From Phoronis australis (taxonomy: Eukaryota > Animalia > Phoronida), in the NCBI GenBank assembly GCA_002633005.1, contig NMRA01000118.1, forward strand, positions 372,707-436,706: 64,000 nt of DNA, in the 5' to 3' direction. The stretch's first letter is position 1. Each line of letters begins with the position of its first letter. Of this stretch, positions 1 through 12,802 are shown one piece after another. The notes beneath the pieces were generated by a model. It worked only from the letters and a program-made list of their open reading frames with translations, did no database searches and had not been told where the DNA came from. The position numbers were made by a program, and so were the translations under genes.

Positions 1-420
1 CACTAAATGGCCTTTTGTGCGTCTCCACGGAAGCCGCTTTATTTATTTACACACACAAACTTTGGCAAAGAAACGTATCAATGCAACAGGAAAGTGAGAA
101 CATTTTAAATAACGTTGAAAAGGGACTCAAAAGAATTAATGTCTACTGGGTGCTGGTGCACTATAGGCTAACACAACCTCGAAACATACAGGGTGCTTCT
201 ACGCGAGGCCGATACAGCCAACTTATTTCAGTATGTGCCACCTATGACAGGCCGAAAGAGGCTGAGACCTTTTTTCAAATAAACTCTGCAACAGTTTTTT
301 TATCGCAACCAATTGTGTATTGCTATTTACTCGCGAACTTGTCACCGAATCAAAGTTCTTTCATATCTCCCTTTGCAAACATGTGCTTGACACATGATGT
401 ATTTTCTGAATTTTACAGCG

Positions 421-453
421 TCAGTGCAGTTGCGGTCCCGGCGCGAGATATGT
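421..453 (-). CDS. Probable terminal exon (TYLAPGPQLH*)
   Basis: Long polypyrimidine tract followed by cgcAG, phase 0, TGA. An alternative acceptor near 606 would give AHGQID*. Confidence 0.5.
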   Translation of the reverse strand, partial: TYLAPGPQLH

Positions 454-3400
454 CTGCGGTGCACGGAAAAAAGAAATGAAGCTCGTGAGAAAAGAACTGC
501 GTTCGTTGGAAAATAACAGTGATATTGGAAACATCTGCGCTGTCAGTGAGGAAGAAATATAATCTAATTCAAGTAAACTTGAAATTAGTCGATCTGACCG
601 TGGGCCTGAACAGGGCAATAAAAGATAGCATTGCAGAACAATTTTTGTTTGTTGTAGCGACATCGATGTCATTAGCCGAAAGTTTCGCGTCCAGGATAAT
701 GACAGCGACTACTTGTGATAACTAAATATAATTATTAAGCAACAAAACTTACAATTTTCAACAGAGAGTGCATGATGCGAGACTTTGACCCGCTCATTTC
801 GGCGAATAACTCCTCCCAGTTGGTCTTGCAGATGATAGATACAATATCTCGAACCTGGATGTTAGAGTTTTCTCCTAAATTGACATATGGTTCAAGTATC
901 CGAGGGTCTAAACATGCAGCCATCGGGTCATCCTTAAGTTTCAAGTACATCGGGATGACCTGCGAAAAGAGAACGATATAACACCGACTAACTACATGCC
1001 AGATTCTTATTTAAAACGTTAGTTAATCTTATACCTTACAGATACAGTCCGTCAATGAAATGAAATTACCAATGCTCAATTAAAACGAAAAAAAATATCT
1101 AATAAAGTAGCCAAATTTTCACGATGTGATTAAGTGATTAAGCCAACAAAATACCTTAATGATACACACGTTCAATTTTATTCCTTTTCAGTTATTCATA
1201 CGTCGTATTAATTAATATGTCACATGCTTACTACCCAAACTGCCCACTGAAGATAATTCCACATTTTCTGAAGTCTTGTGAATTCGTCGTTAAACTCACC
1301 TTCTCTGGAGCAGTAACAGTCCTCACGATTACTTCGAAGTGGTCGGGATAATCCTCCAACACTTTCATCAGATTATTCAACTGAACTGTATCTTCTAGGC
1401 CGATAAAGGCGAACATCTTCCCTCTTGCAAAGTCTGAAACGGTTCCAAAACATTTGTAACGCTCGGGTTATACGAAACGCGAGAGGATCTACATGTATAT
1501 AACAAAAGTCATAATGTAAACTGGGTCGATGTTGTGGAATACATGGAAATTCTAAGCCTAACATTTATCTTATAAGTGTTAATATATTTTAGGTCTCCCT
1601 ACAATCTCTGCCAATGTCAGCAATGGTTAGATCTGTCAGAGTATTACTGTCGGTGATTGAAGCCTGCAACGCAATCGGAACAGCTATGGTTTTGTGGTAG
1701 ATGATCTATCCGACTGCAAAAAAAACTTATCTATTATTTTATCTTAGTTTCCATTTGGTCCTAAATACTAAGTAAAATCCTGGATACGATTTATCCTCCT
1801 CGCTCCCAAAATGCTGTGCATTAGTCAATGCCTTTAAATTACCCTTGCACTACTGCCGACACAATGTCCATGCTCCCAAAGGTGAAAAATTTGACACCTT
1901 GATGAAAGGATTGTTGCCACAGTGAACAACTTAGGAGAAGCTGAATTTACTGGCAACCAGACGCACTGTCTCAAATGATACGTGTTAACCACTCGCACGT
2001 TTATTAGAACTATGCCTGCTCTAAAAGTATGGCTTTTATTTCCAGAAATGTAGAACAAATTGAGTCACTAACATTCAAATGGAAATATTTCAAAAATACC
2101 AGCCATGTTTAAACTGCTATCATTTCTTCTATGTAACAAAAATGAAGTTTGTTGATATTCAAGCGTGGAGGTCCATTTGTTTGTGCACCAATATAAATTA
2201 AAAACTTTTCAAAGCTTAAAAGTTTTGGTTTGAATTAAATTTATTTTTAAAAGATTTGGGGTCTACGTTAATTGACATGAAGCCAAAATCAAGCCATTTC
2301 AACCCATTATCTATTGAGCCAACGTTACATGCACGCACCCAGGGGGCTCGTGGGGCTCGAATGAGCCCCCCATATGGCCAAGTGAGCAAAAAAGGTCCGC
2401 CCCCGGGCGACAAAAAGTCCGAGAAAATGGGACAAAAGTCCACTAAATAAGCGCAAACGCGCACTTCACAGTGGAGCTCTCGCGTTTTTTTTAGTCCGCC
2501 CGTTGCTTTGTTAGAAAAAGGTCCACGACGTCAAGAATTCAAGCCCCCCATAATGAAGGCTGGGTGCACGCATGCGTTACCTTACAGACTTATTTTTAAA
2601 CCGATTTCTACCACACACGCGACCATGTTACACATTTAGATGCGCTCTAGAGGTCTTACATTGGCCAGTTTAGGAACAACTTTCCATTCTGTTGCTGACT
2701 AAATATCGCACTTTCACCTCAAAAAGAAAAGGCTGTGACTTCGGGTCAGGTGACCCCTGAGTAAATTTACGCAAGTGCAAACTTTCTGACAATCGTTTTT
2801 AAACTTTATTTGTATAGCCTGCACAATCGGGAACGGCAGTTCCAGCGTTTGATTAAACCCCCACCGATGGATACCCATAATGATGCTAGCCATTAATTAG
2901 CGAACTTCCACACGTCATCGAATCGTGGTTCAGGCATAAGACGTTTCCAGCATTTTTCCGCACATCAGTCTGGTCTCGCGTGCTCCTAAGCAACCAAAGC
3001 CGTCGCCAAAATAAAACAATCAACAGTACCCGGCAATCAAACACGAGTCTTTCAATTATGCAAACAGGAAAATAATCTATTTACGTTTGCCCAGATAGAC
3101 CCTCAGGCACGTACGAGAGCCGAGCTGTGATTACGCTTTCCAAATCAATATTTCCATGTCAATTCCAACTTTGTTTCATGTCCCACTTTCGTTGTTGAAA
3201 ATGACATAACCTTACAGAAAGTCTCCTTAGATGAGCCCCAGCGCGGAAACGAATATAAACCCGTGTTGGAGCCAAGAAGTCTGCTGGATGGACTAAATCT
3301 CACTTCGTAAATAGCAGAGTATTTTAAGCGTATTTAAATAGTAATGTCACCCGACCTGCCTTGATTTCAGCGAATATCTGGTAGACAACACAATAAAATA

Positions 3401-6400
3401 AAATAAAATAAAATAAAATAAAACAACGATTCATATTCTGTTATAGTTCTGGTTAAAGATACGTAATAATCTCAGAAAGAATGCCCCCAAAAGGCGTTTT
3501 TTCGACAGTAAAAGCGATAATGACCTTCAACGATTTTTCCACTCACAAACATTTTTGTATCTATTTACTATGTTTCAAAACAACATCCTAGAACAAGTTA
3601 ATGTAAACAGTCAAATGAGCGTAGTATAACTTTTTCGATGTTTGAAATTTGTATGATTGGAATTTTTAGTAACTGTGGGCAGTTCGTGCAGTGAAATTTA
3701 CAAAAGTTCCAAAATGCAAAAACATGGTAGAAAATAAATAAAAATATATGAAAAAAGTCGTAAATTCAAAAACAGTAGAACTAATAAAAGAAGACATTGA
3801 AAACACGAAATGAAAGACGTATGTACGTGAACTATGTAAGAAAGAAATTAAATGGACATTATCGGTTTTTCGGTAGAAAACCGCATTTTTAGGAATTATT
3901 GTTAAGATGGGATGAGGTCCTAGGAAATACTAGCTCTGACCAGACTTATAATATAACAATCTCAGTTGTTTGTGTGATTTCATTGCAAAATGCCAATTCT
4001 TGCCGCTGTTCGTAAGAGATTCGGTGAAATCAAGGCGGCTGATTTTACTAGTCAAATAAGCTTAACAGTATTCCGCCATTGATCGAGTTGAGTTCTGTTC
4101 TACCAGCAGATTATTGAATTGCGACCGCAGGGGTTGTAGGCTCGATTCTGCGCCAAGGCTGATGTCAGAAAGTCATTTTTTCGCCAGAAATGTCTCGTTA
4201 AATTAAAACAAGTAGTAATACAAGTAACGTGAAATAAAAATGATTGAAAGAAAGAGGAAGGTATATTTGGTATGTTTGTTCAAATCCAGTTAAATTTTGT
4301 GCGTTTGTGGGTAATATAATTAACCACGGCAAGAATTAAGTACATGGTATTTCTCTTCTGGTAATATGGTCTCAGTCGTGACAGATTATATAATAAACGA
4401 TTTTACATTGTTGGTTCTACCTGATCTTTAAAACATGTGTCAGCTATAAGGAATCAAAAGCGAAACAGAGATTTGGAATACAATTCGACCGCTACGTTTT
4501 CATCAATTTGAAACATACAAAGATTCTCACCAATCATAACATGATTTTATAAAACAGCAACATTTTGTAAATAACAGCTTAACCATTTTTTTTTTTAAAT
4601 TTCTACCTACCAATTTTAAGCTCACATGACGTGATCGAATTTCAACGTTATTCAGCAGTTAGTACACCACCGCAAAATCGAAAGTCAAATATTTAGACAG
4701 TCTAAGTTTAATTCTGTTCTTTTTTATAACATTTGAAGTCATGTTAAAAGTAGAACAATAACTTGGTACTGTGGCTATAAATTGTTTGTATAAAATACAT
4801 TTTAGGAAGCTTTAGCTAAAGCCAATTGGGCAGATTATTCGATAAACTTCGTGATACCACTGAAACGACATGGCGGTGCCGTTTTCAGGTAATTCCGAAG
4901 GGGATGCGACTGATCTATGTAAGCACTCTAGTCCTGCCAATCAGCAGTCACAGCTGTCTTACCTTGGAGTGACTCTGACACAGTCCATACGAACTTAGCC
5001 ACCTGGTTCGCTTTGTTCATAATATAGCGGGCCTGGGGATAGGGTGAGAATGCTTTCAGAATTGCTTCCATTTCCCCAAAGTTCTTAGGGCTGTAAAGTG
5101 GAAAAAAAAGTGTTCTTAATTGATAGATCTCTTTCTGGCACTAACAGTATTCACATAATTTGTCCTTTATGGTAAACAGATGGAAACAGGACACAGAATT
5201 AAAAATACCGCCGAGAACATGATTGCGATTGCATTTCAGTCCGCTTTACAGTTAGCATTGTGACGTAGAGCTGCGGCATGGGCAGACGCAAAACTTTTGC
5301 AGCCAACACTGGCCAATGGACGTCGGCGCAATTAACGAATCGTTCAATGGGAATTTTACATCACATCGTTAGACAACATACTGTGAACTAATCGCCGACT
5401 CCATTAAACTTGGTTGTCTAAATTCCACTAAGTATACAATTAATGCTTTGAGTTTCGCTGGCCATTCACGTAGCTCTTTCACAAGATGGCAATTAGGGTC
5501 AGTTAGCTCCAGTATACTGCGTCATACTTCATGAATTCGTGGCGAAGTTAAAAACAACATACTCTATGAAAACTCCTCCAACATGCAACAGCTTCTCGCC
5601 GACATTTTCCCACGTGGTCTCGTGCATTCCCGCCAGCTGTAAAAAGTCTACGTTGGGAGGGCCTTTCTCTATCATTGAGACAATTGCTTTGTAATAGTGG
5701 GTACCCACGTCGACAATTGCGTCCACATCCACGGCGTTGAAACGAAACTATAAACCAAGCAAAACAAATATGGTGAAAAGAAATTTTCTGCATTCAAAAT
5801 TGTAACGACATTGGGAATGACAATTATGGTATAAATGTTGCATTTTCATGACCCGAGCAGAAATAGACAAGACGAAAATGATGTCACCCCATAGAATTTA
5901 AGGTTATGTTTAGGGTTCGGATTAAAGTTAAAGTCAGCGTCAGGGTGAGGTTCGATTAGGGTTAGAGTTAGTACATGTAGGGCAGTACGGTTAGGTTTAG
6001 GGTTACCGTTATATGGTTAGGGCGGATAAGGTTTAGGATAATGTTACATGTAGGCCTATACTTTGATATTTAGGGACGGTTAGATTTAAGGTCAGCATTA
6101 TTTTGGTTAGAGATAACTAGGGTTAGGCATTAGTTCATGTGCTGTCACTTCCGTCTGATTTTGCTCGGCGTGATAATGGCCGATCCCAGTGGCGCTTGTG
6201 ACAAACCTGGCCATAAAATGTATTTGGTTTGGAATACTGAAACAAACCAAGAGAAGCATCAAAAACGTGGATTTGTTTTACACATACCATGAATCAGGAA
6301 ATTTCAAGTAGAATACAATTAAAAAAACAGGTAGTACACCCTGAATTTATAAATTTTTAATCACAATTTCCTTACTAAATTGGCAAGGAAATTGCATTAG

Positions 6401-7724
6401 ATGTATCGTTAAAACCAATCAATTACGCCCACAGTAGTTGACTGAACCGAAAACGAGACCTGTGCATAACTGCCGAGGGATGAGAGCAGATTTCCCGATT
6501 GTGCAAAAAACAGTGGTAGTTCGAACTTTTTAGACAATCAATTAGTTACATACATAAATATAAAAATTAGTAGAGAGCGACAAATGACGTTGGGACTAAG
6601 GTGCACTAAAATTAACGCGAGACTATGTATAACACTGAATATATTAGAAAATCTATTGTAATATTACATTACAATAGATTATGTATGGCTTGCAATGATG
6701 GTCTTGTAGAGGATGAATACCATTTCCTGTTGGTTTGCAAGGGATATTGTGAACTTAGGTCACGTTTTATGAAGGAATTTCAATGGAGGCATCCAACTCA
6801 AGAATCCTGTATACGCCTGCTCGCTAATCCAGATATATCTGCTGTTAAATATGTGTATTTTGCCCTTAAAAGACGAGAACAACTCTTAAATGGGTTGACT
6901 GCTTGTGCAAATGTGCCTGATTAATTGTTTTGTTTATTGTACTTTGGGCCAGAGGCCTTCAATACAAATACAAATAAATATAAATATATTAGAAAATCAC
7001 GATAAAAGAGGCCTTGCCCTGTATTATCATTTTGCACTCTCCACGACCAGATAGCGAGATGCATAAGAGAGGATGGCCAGGGAAAACATACATAGAAACC
7101 ACCACAGGGTGGATTTAACTAATTGTTCACAAATGTTTTTGAAATGTTGAATTTGCAAAAAGAAGAAATAACAATTATCGAAATGCCGTTGGTTAATTGT
7201 TAGGGGAATATACTTTTGCCAACAAATTTGGGATCACCAGACCACTTTAGCTAATAATATTATATCTATGACATTATACAATATCCCTTTCACATAATTT
7301 CGATGATTTTGTACCTGCATACATGAAGTTACAATTACTTTTAAATACAAAAAGAGGAGAAATGATGCAAAATCTAAAATGGAACCAAGTTTATTGGCGA
7401 TGAGACCAATTTGTTTGCCGCACAACTTACCATTTCGAAAATTTTGGAAACACCCTTTAAGTTGTCAACAACGTCGCCGACCAGATCCCATGCTCCACAC
7501 AGAATCACACGAAGTGTTCCCATTCGATCGGTTTTTTCCCAGAATTCGGCCGCTTTTTCAGTCATCGGCGGCACTTTGGTAGCGTTGAGGAGCGGAGCCT
7601 CGGTGGCGTTGACTGGTTTCACTTCCTTCAACTCACATTTTCCTGTAGATATCAATGAAACTAAGATGACGCATATCACGAGGTTGTAAACTGGATGAGA
7701 TCGTAACGAAAACGAACCCAGCAT
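421..7724 (-). CDS. Multi-exon gene for an uncharacterised secreted or signal-anchored protein (~326 aa); exons 7724-7431, 5747-5563, 5090-4963, 1433-1300, 959-753, 453-421
   Basis: Six stop-free segments, each bounded by GT donors and polypyrimidine-AG acceptors. Intron phases chain consistently (0,2,1,0,0) and give 981 nt. N-terminal hydrophobic segment VYNLVICVILVSLISTGKC. Extra small exons between 4963 and 1433 cannot be excluded. Confidence 0.7.
753..959 (-). CDS. Exon 5 (VIPMYLKLKDDPMAACLDP...HSLLKI)
   Basis: Acceptor gttctcttttcgcAG, donor ATT|GTAAGT, 69 codons. Confidence 0.75.
1300..1433 (-). CDS. Exon 4 (FARGKMFAFIGLED...VTAPEK)
   Basis: Acceptor gtttcAG, donor AAG|GTGAGT, phase 1 in and phase 0 out. 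Confidence 0.7.
2328..2574. mobile_element. MITE with TIRs and 5-bp TSD
   Basis: TIRs CATGCACGCACCCAG / CTGGGTGCACGCATG, flanked by CGTTA on both sides. Related copies at ~22040-22290, ~45390-45466 and 56538-56791. Confidence 0.8.
3392..3423 (+). repeat. (AAAAT)n microsatellite
   Basis: Direct pentamer repeats. Confidence 0.9.
4963..5090 (-). CDS. Exon 3 (DPKNFGEMEAILKAF...WTVSESLQ)
   Basis: Acceptor cttttttttccactttacAG, donor CAAG|GTAAGA, open in the phase required by exon 2. Confidence 0.75.
5563..5747 (-). CDS. Exon 2 (FRFNAVDVDAIVDVG...HVGGVFI)
   Basis: Acceptor ttgttttgcttggtttatAG, donor GA|GTATGT, open frame. Confidence 0.7.
5853..6168. mobile_element. Non-autonomous element with a degenerate (GGTTA/TTAGGG)-like core
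   Basis: About 230 bp of ggttag/ttaggg variants between short inverted ends CCGAGCAGAAA ... TTTTGCTCGG. Opposite-strand remnant at ~52895-52940. Confidence 0.5.
6654..6982 (+). mobile_element. 5'-truncated non-LTR retrotransposon 3' end (RTEX/L2-like) in intron 1
   Basis: C-terminal zinc knuckle RLCMAC...VEDEYHFLLVC..Y..LR, stop at 6924, AATAC/AATA tail, 16-bp TSD AATATATTAGAAAATC at 6638-6653 and 6983-6998. Confidence 0.85.
7431..7724 (-). CDS. Exon 1 of secreted-protein gene (MLGSFSLRSH...VSKIFEM)
   Basis: ATG at 7724, signal-peptide-like segment, donor ATG|GTAAGT, phase 0. Confidence 0.75.
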
Positions 7725-10582
7725 TGCTCTCGTAAATTGCTGCTTAGAACAAGTACCCGGTACACCGAATGCAGTAGTAAGCTTAGCTCTGAGAGCCGAG
7801 CGAACCTAGTTGCGCAATGATCTATCGCGACTGCGAATACGCATTCATAGAACGACGCTCACTAGACAGAGCAAACTGTGTGCTTTGTATACAGCCAATA
7901 TATTCCGCAAGCACGTCACACAATGCTCGGGACGAACGCATTATTTCTCGTTGTGTGTTCAACACTCCCAAGACGACAAACGCTAAATAAAATAAAGTTT
8001 AGATTGATGACGACATCGCCGCTACCCAGCGTGGCGACGTTGAGCCTACCACGCTGGCGGATTTAACTGTCGTACTGTGGGGAAGGGGGCATAATTTAAA
8101 ACAAAATAAACGTGTGTTACCTAAAACGTAATGCTGCATCGTTACATAGTTTTTGGTCTTGTCCACAGGGTGGGGGAGAGAGAGTGGTAGCTGAATCCGC
8201 CTACTATAAAACAAAAATATATCTTAGAGACTGACACCTCACCTTATTAAATACAGTGTGTCGTATCTCATTATTGATTCATGTTGTACTTTTCATAACA
8301 AAATTAACAAGATCTTTTACAACAATATGAACGAAAACAATCCGGGAGCGAAAGTTTCAACGAGTTCTTTCCAGTTAAATATTTCCAGCTTATCAAATTT
8401 CGAAAAAATAGGCAATTTTGACGACGTTTCATTTGATTTATCGGGACGTCCGGACTCTAAAAATTATAGATATTTACTCACAAAATACAAGAACTGAAAC
8501 TAAAAAGTAGTCAACTTCAATATGTTAATAGTTTAAATTATTTTTTAAATGTATTGGCACGATGAAAGACAATTATAAATCGATCACTATAGCAGCTTCT
8601 GGGAGACGTCAGAGCCGCCATGTGGTCAATATTTGTTGTCGATGCATGGCATTTATTTACGACCAAAAAGATAGAATAAATTAAACTCTGCAAGATGGGC
8701 CAAAAACAGAAAACTAGCACCGAACGGTAGGAACTGACAAATACGTAATAAATATGATTTCATACATTTGTGCGAAATAACAGGGCCGAAAAAAAAAACG
8801 GTGATCAAAACAAAAAATTCAACCCGGACATAATTCCTCGGAATTTATGGGTTTGCTTCATTGTTTAACGAGTGTTAATTCTATGCACTAAATGTTATGC
8901 TTTTAAGAACCAAAAACGCTGCATCCATTGAAAAAAGATATGAAAGACGTCACAGAAACCGCACCCACAGCGAAACAAATTAAGACTAAAGAGAAAACTT
9001 GTGTCGACTATGTTCACGAGGGAGAAAGCGGATAGAGCATCGGGCATTCACTTCAGTCGTAAGCCAAAAAAAGATATTTTGTCAGTACTAGCGCGTATCG
9101 TCTCACTGATGTCCAGTCTCAGTTATCTCCACGAGTAACCACCGTTGTCTCTATTACAGACGAAAAAAAAACATAACAAATGTCCGTTATAAGCCTTTGA
9201 TAACGGGTTACTTCATTTCTGACGTATCTCTTACGTGTAGATTTTTCAATTCCCATTTCAAACGGCTCTTTACCGAATTAATTTTTAGCGGACTACCGAA
9301 ATGTCAAGTTCCACTTGTTGTTCGGCAGTTCTTGGTCAGCTGACTCGCGGTCAGTTCAGTTTCGCCACCTGGTGAGTGCGTGGTCACTTGATAAGAATAT
9401 GCAACATTCTTCAAAAGTTGCCATGCACCCATGTAGGAAGTCATCCGCATTTTGAGATTTGGGAGCACGGCCGTGATCGGCTTATTTGAACTGATTAAAA
9501 TGAATAAGCAATAGTGTGCGTTGATTGAGTAAAACTGCGGGGAAATGTGCGTCTTGATCAAGAGCAGCACGGTGATCGCCTAAGACCTCATAAACGCTGC
9601 GCTTTAAAATGTGCTTAATAAACGCGGACTTGTACTGTAGATCTTCAAGGCTCATCTTTGAGCTCGTATTCCAACACGCAGGATTACCTACATGTAACTA
9701 GATCAGAGGAGAGAGGATAAGGTGAGGACAACAAAATGTTTTAAAATAGAACTCGAGCACTAGAATGCCAAATATGATCTCGCGACCGCTGAGCTTGCAC
9801 CGCACATGCGTGAGACGGTTGTTTGCATTCCTTCCGGTGTGTGTACTTGTCATAGAGTTTACTGTCATTAAAACTTTTCGCAACTCCGCCGTTTTTCAAC
9901 CCAATTCCATAGAACCAATCCCTAGAAAGCCTTTGTTAATTCTTGATGATTATGATGGAAACAAAAGATATACGATATGTAATTATCATTTCGCATACCT
10001 GACTGGTTTAAAATATTTTTTAATTCTAAAAACTAAGAGTTTAACCCAAAATACAAAAATAACAGCGTGTAATAGTAACATAAGAAAGGAAATGTCCAAG
10101 AGGGGTTATATAAATGACTAGTTAAGCCATTAGGGAAAATAATTTCGATCATTCAAAAGATTTCTACCCTATAAAGACAAAAGGTTTAGAATATGCATCC
10201 CTCACACTTGCTATGGATAATTTAATCAGTCATCCAAAATTATACATCTTTATACATTATAATTAATTGGACTTTTGGTGCCGTTTGATACAATTACATT
10301 CTCCAGTAAAAATTCAGAATGCAGTTACCGTACGAAAAATGCGATTAACTGCTTCAATTACATGGTTTCTATCCGAAAGTTGCAGATAAAAAATTTCCGA
10401 CAGATAAAAATGGGCAAAAATCTGTCATGTAACTATGAAATGTACAGTGGATAGCTCATCACATTGGTTGCAGTACTTTAGGACTCTCCATAATTTTCCA
10501 TACACGTTGATTAAGTCGAGTGCAATACGGACATGTGATGTTAGTTTCCGTATTGCACTAGCAAGACTACTTTTGATCTCTG

Positions 10583-11405
10583 ACATGGAAAGTTCAAAAG
10601 GTAGGTCAATGTCGACTCGACGTCGTTAGGTGGTTCGATCATCAAACTTTCCCCAAATAGTTTAAAGCAATAAAATTTCATCAGTATAAATAACACTCAA
10701 CATGCAAACAGGTCCCACAGAGATGACATCTGGTAAAAAACTATTAATTATATGACGCTTCTGTCTCAGTTTTATTTCCTAAAAATTATATTGTCTGCCA
10801 CTCAGGCACCGATTCCTCGGTAACTACAATGTTAAATAATGTTGTAATTTTACTATTTTCAGGAAATGTTACAAGTTCAACGCGCAGTTACCATTGTTTC
10901 CATCATCCTTGTCTCTTTTCAAGTACTAAACTGTTTCTTTTACTAGAGAAAACTTGTAACCTAACGCGCAATTTACATCCATGTAGGATGTGATCTGTCT
11001 CGGAAACAACCTGAGTGAAGTATTTAAAAAATCTGCTGAAAAAATGAAAGAAACTAAGAACTCGAGGCGAATGGGATAAATACAAAACTCAACATTATTC
11101 CGCGTATCGACCTCGACCTTCATTTCCTGAAAATATTAAAAAAGAACAATATTTAACAATGTATTTACCAAGGAATCGGCGCCTGAGTTGCAGATGATAT
11201 AATATTTAGCAAATAAAACTGAGACAGAAATATCATGTACCGTGTTAAACATTTTTTCCAGATGTTATGTGTGGGACCTGATTGTAGGTTGAGTTTTATT
11301 TATACTGCTGCAACTTTGTTACTTAAACTAATTTGAGAAAGTTTGATGATCGAACCGGCTACCAACGTCGAATTGACATTGACCTACCTTTTGAACTTTC
11401 CATGT
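10583..11405. mobile_element. Foldback/MITE with ~285-bp terminal inverted repeats
   Basis: 10583-10868 is the diverged reverse complement of 11121-11405 (ACATGGAAAGTTCAAAAGGTAGGTCAATGTC... / ...GACATTGACCTACCTTTTGAACTTTCCATGT). Confidence 0.85.
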
Positions 11406-12643
11406 TAAAGGGCACTGCCAAACTTAACCATGGCTGACGTTGATTTTCGGATGGGTCTGACAACTGTGGCGGCCCCTTGTAGAGAGTTTTTATTTTATGC
11501 GACCATGACTATTATGAGACTAGTCTGCGAAATGTGACAATGACTGCCCACGACTTTTTGGTTGGCTTTGACTACCGCTGTGCCCCCTATAGTGACAGTT
11601 TTTGTTTCTACGTTTGCCTTTGTATCTTTGGAGTCCCTCAATGCAATTTCATGAATTTCGGCACATAGCTTTGTAAAAGAGAGACGACACATTCTCAATT
11701 TCGGACGAGTTCAACGTACTCTGCGCATTATATAATGGTCTTTTTATGATACCGAAAACACCCTTTTATACCCGTCACACCAGAGACGCGGTGCCACTAC
11801 GGTTTTTGGTCAAAATCGCCACCACCCTCGTGACACCGCCCGTAGTGTTTCATAGTATTCCCCTACCCGTCACACCTTAACAACAAACAATTCCTGACAA
11901 AAGTACCACTGATCTCGCAACGCCGAATACAGAATAATTCACTTTTCCTTGTGAGGAAATTTCTAGAAAAATCACAAATTTCACGAATTTTGAAATACGC
12001 GCGAAAGAAAAACTCTGTGGTTACGACAGAGTTTCTAATCTCCCTCCCATTTATGATAAATGCGTACATGCGCGTTGCTTGAAGTCGTTTGAAATCAAAG
12101 GTCACATTTTCTATATAAGGGAAATGTGCAACGTCTATGTCTTGCCATACCAAATAAGGAGACCTGTTTTGCCTTGGGGGGAAAACAGACGAAGTGGCAA
12201 GCAGTTGACTGAACGTTTTTGGAAATTTGAAACAAAAAGAAAATGCTTTGATATCAACAGAAATTAGATATCTTTACAAACAAACCCTACAGATACCTGG
12301 TGAGCAGGTGGAATTCTGTGTCAGAGGCAGAGAAACACTTTCAATATTACAATTTATTCTGTGTATCACGTTTCAGGCCTTTTTAAGTTACACCACTATC
12401 GAATTCTGTTACCTTGTGGCCAGTCTCCATTGAATCAGTAGTAAATTAATAATTATTCAAAAATATTTCGAAATTAAAAAGTAAAAACTAACAATAGGAG
12501 TGAGAAAACAAGTAGTAAAATGTGTTAACTGTCTTGCTTCATTGTAATATTTCAAAAAGGTGACATATAAGCCAAACATGTATGAGGCCGGGCTATTCAC
12601 TAACTTTTTGTTTAATACAGTTACATAAGTTTGCTGGTGAATC

Positions 12644-12802
12644 CAGGGGCGGATCCAGGATTTTGAGTTAGGAGCGGCCAAGGTAGAGTATTAGCCAGGA
12701 TTTTGCCTGTCAGATATTTGCACTCCCGAACTGACAAATGGAATCTAGGAGTATTTTATGGGGGGCCATGGCCCTCTTGGCCCCCCTCTAAATCCGCCAC
12801 TG
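12644..12802. mobile_element. Short MITE with 5-bp TSD
   Basis: CAGGGGCGGAT ... ATCCGCCACTG termini, GAATC duplicated on both sides. Same terminus at ~55810 and ~62300. Confidence 0.8.

Noticed and set aside
15-479. 154-aa plus-strand ORF
   Set aside because: Non-ATG start, no recognisable motif, and antisense to the 3' end of the orphan gene
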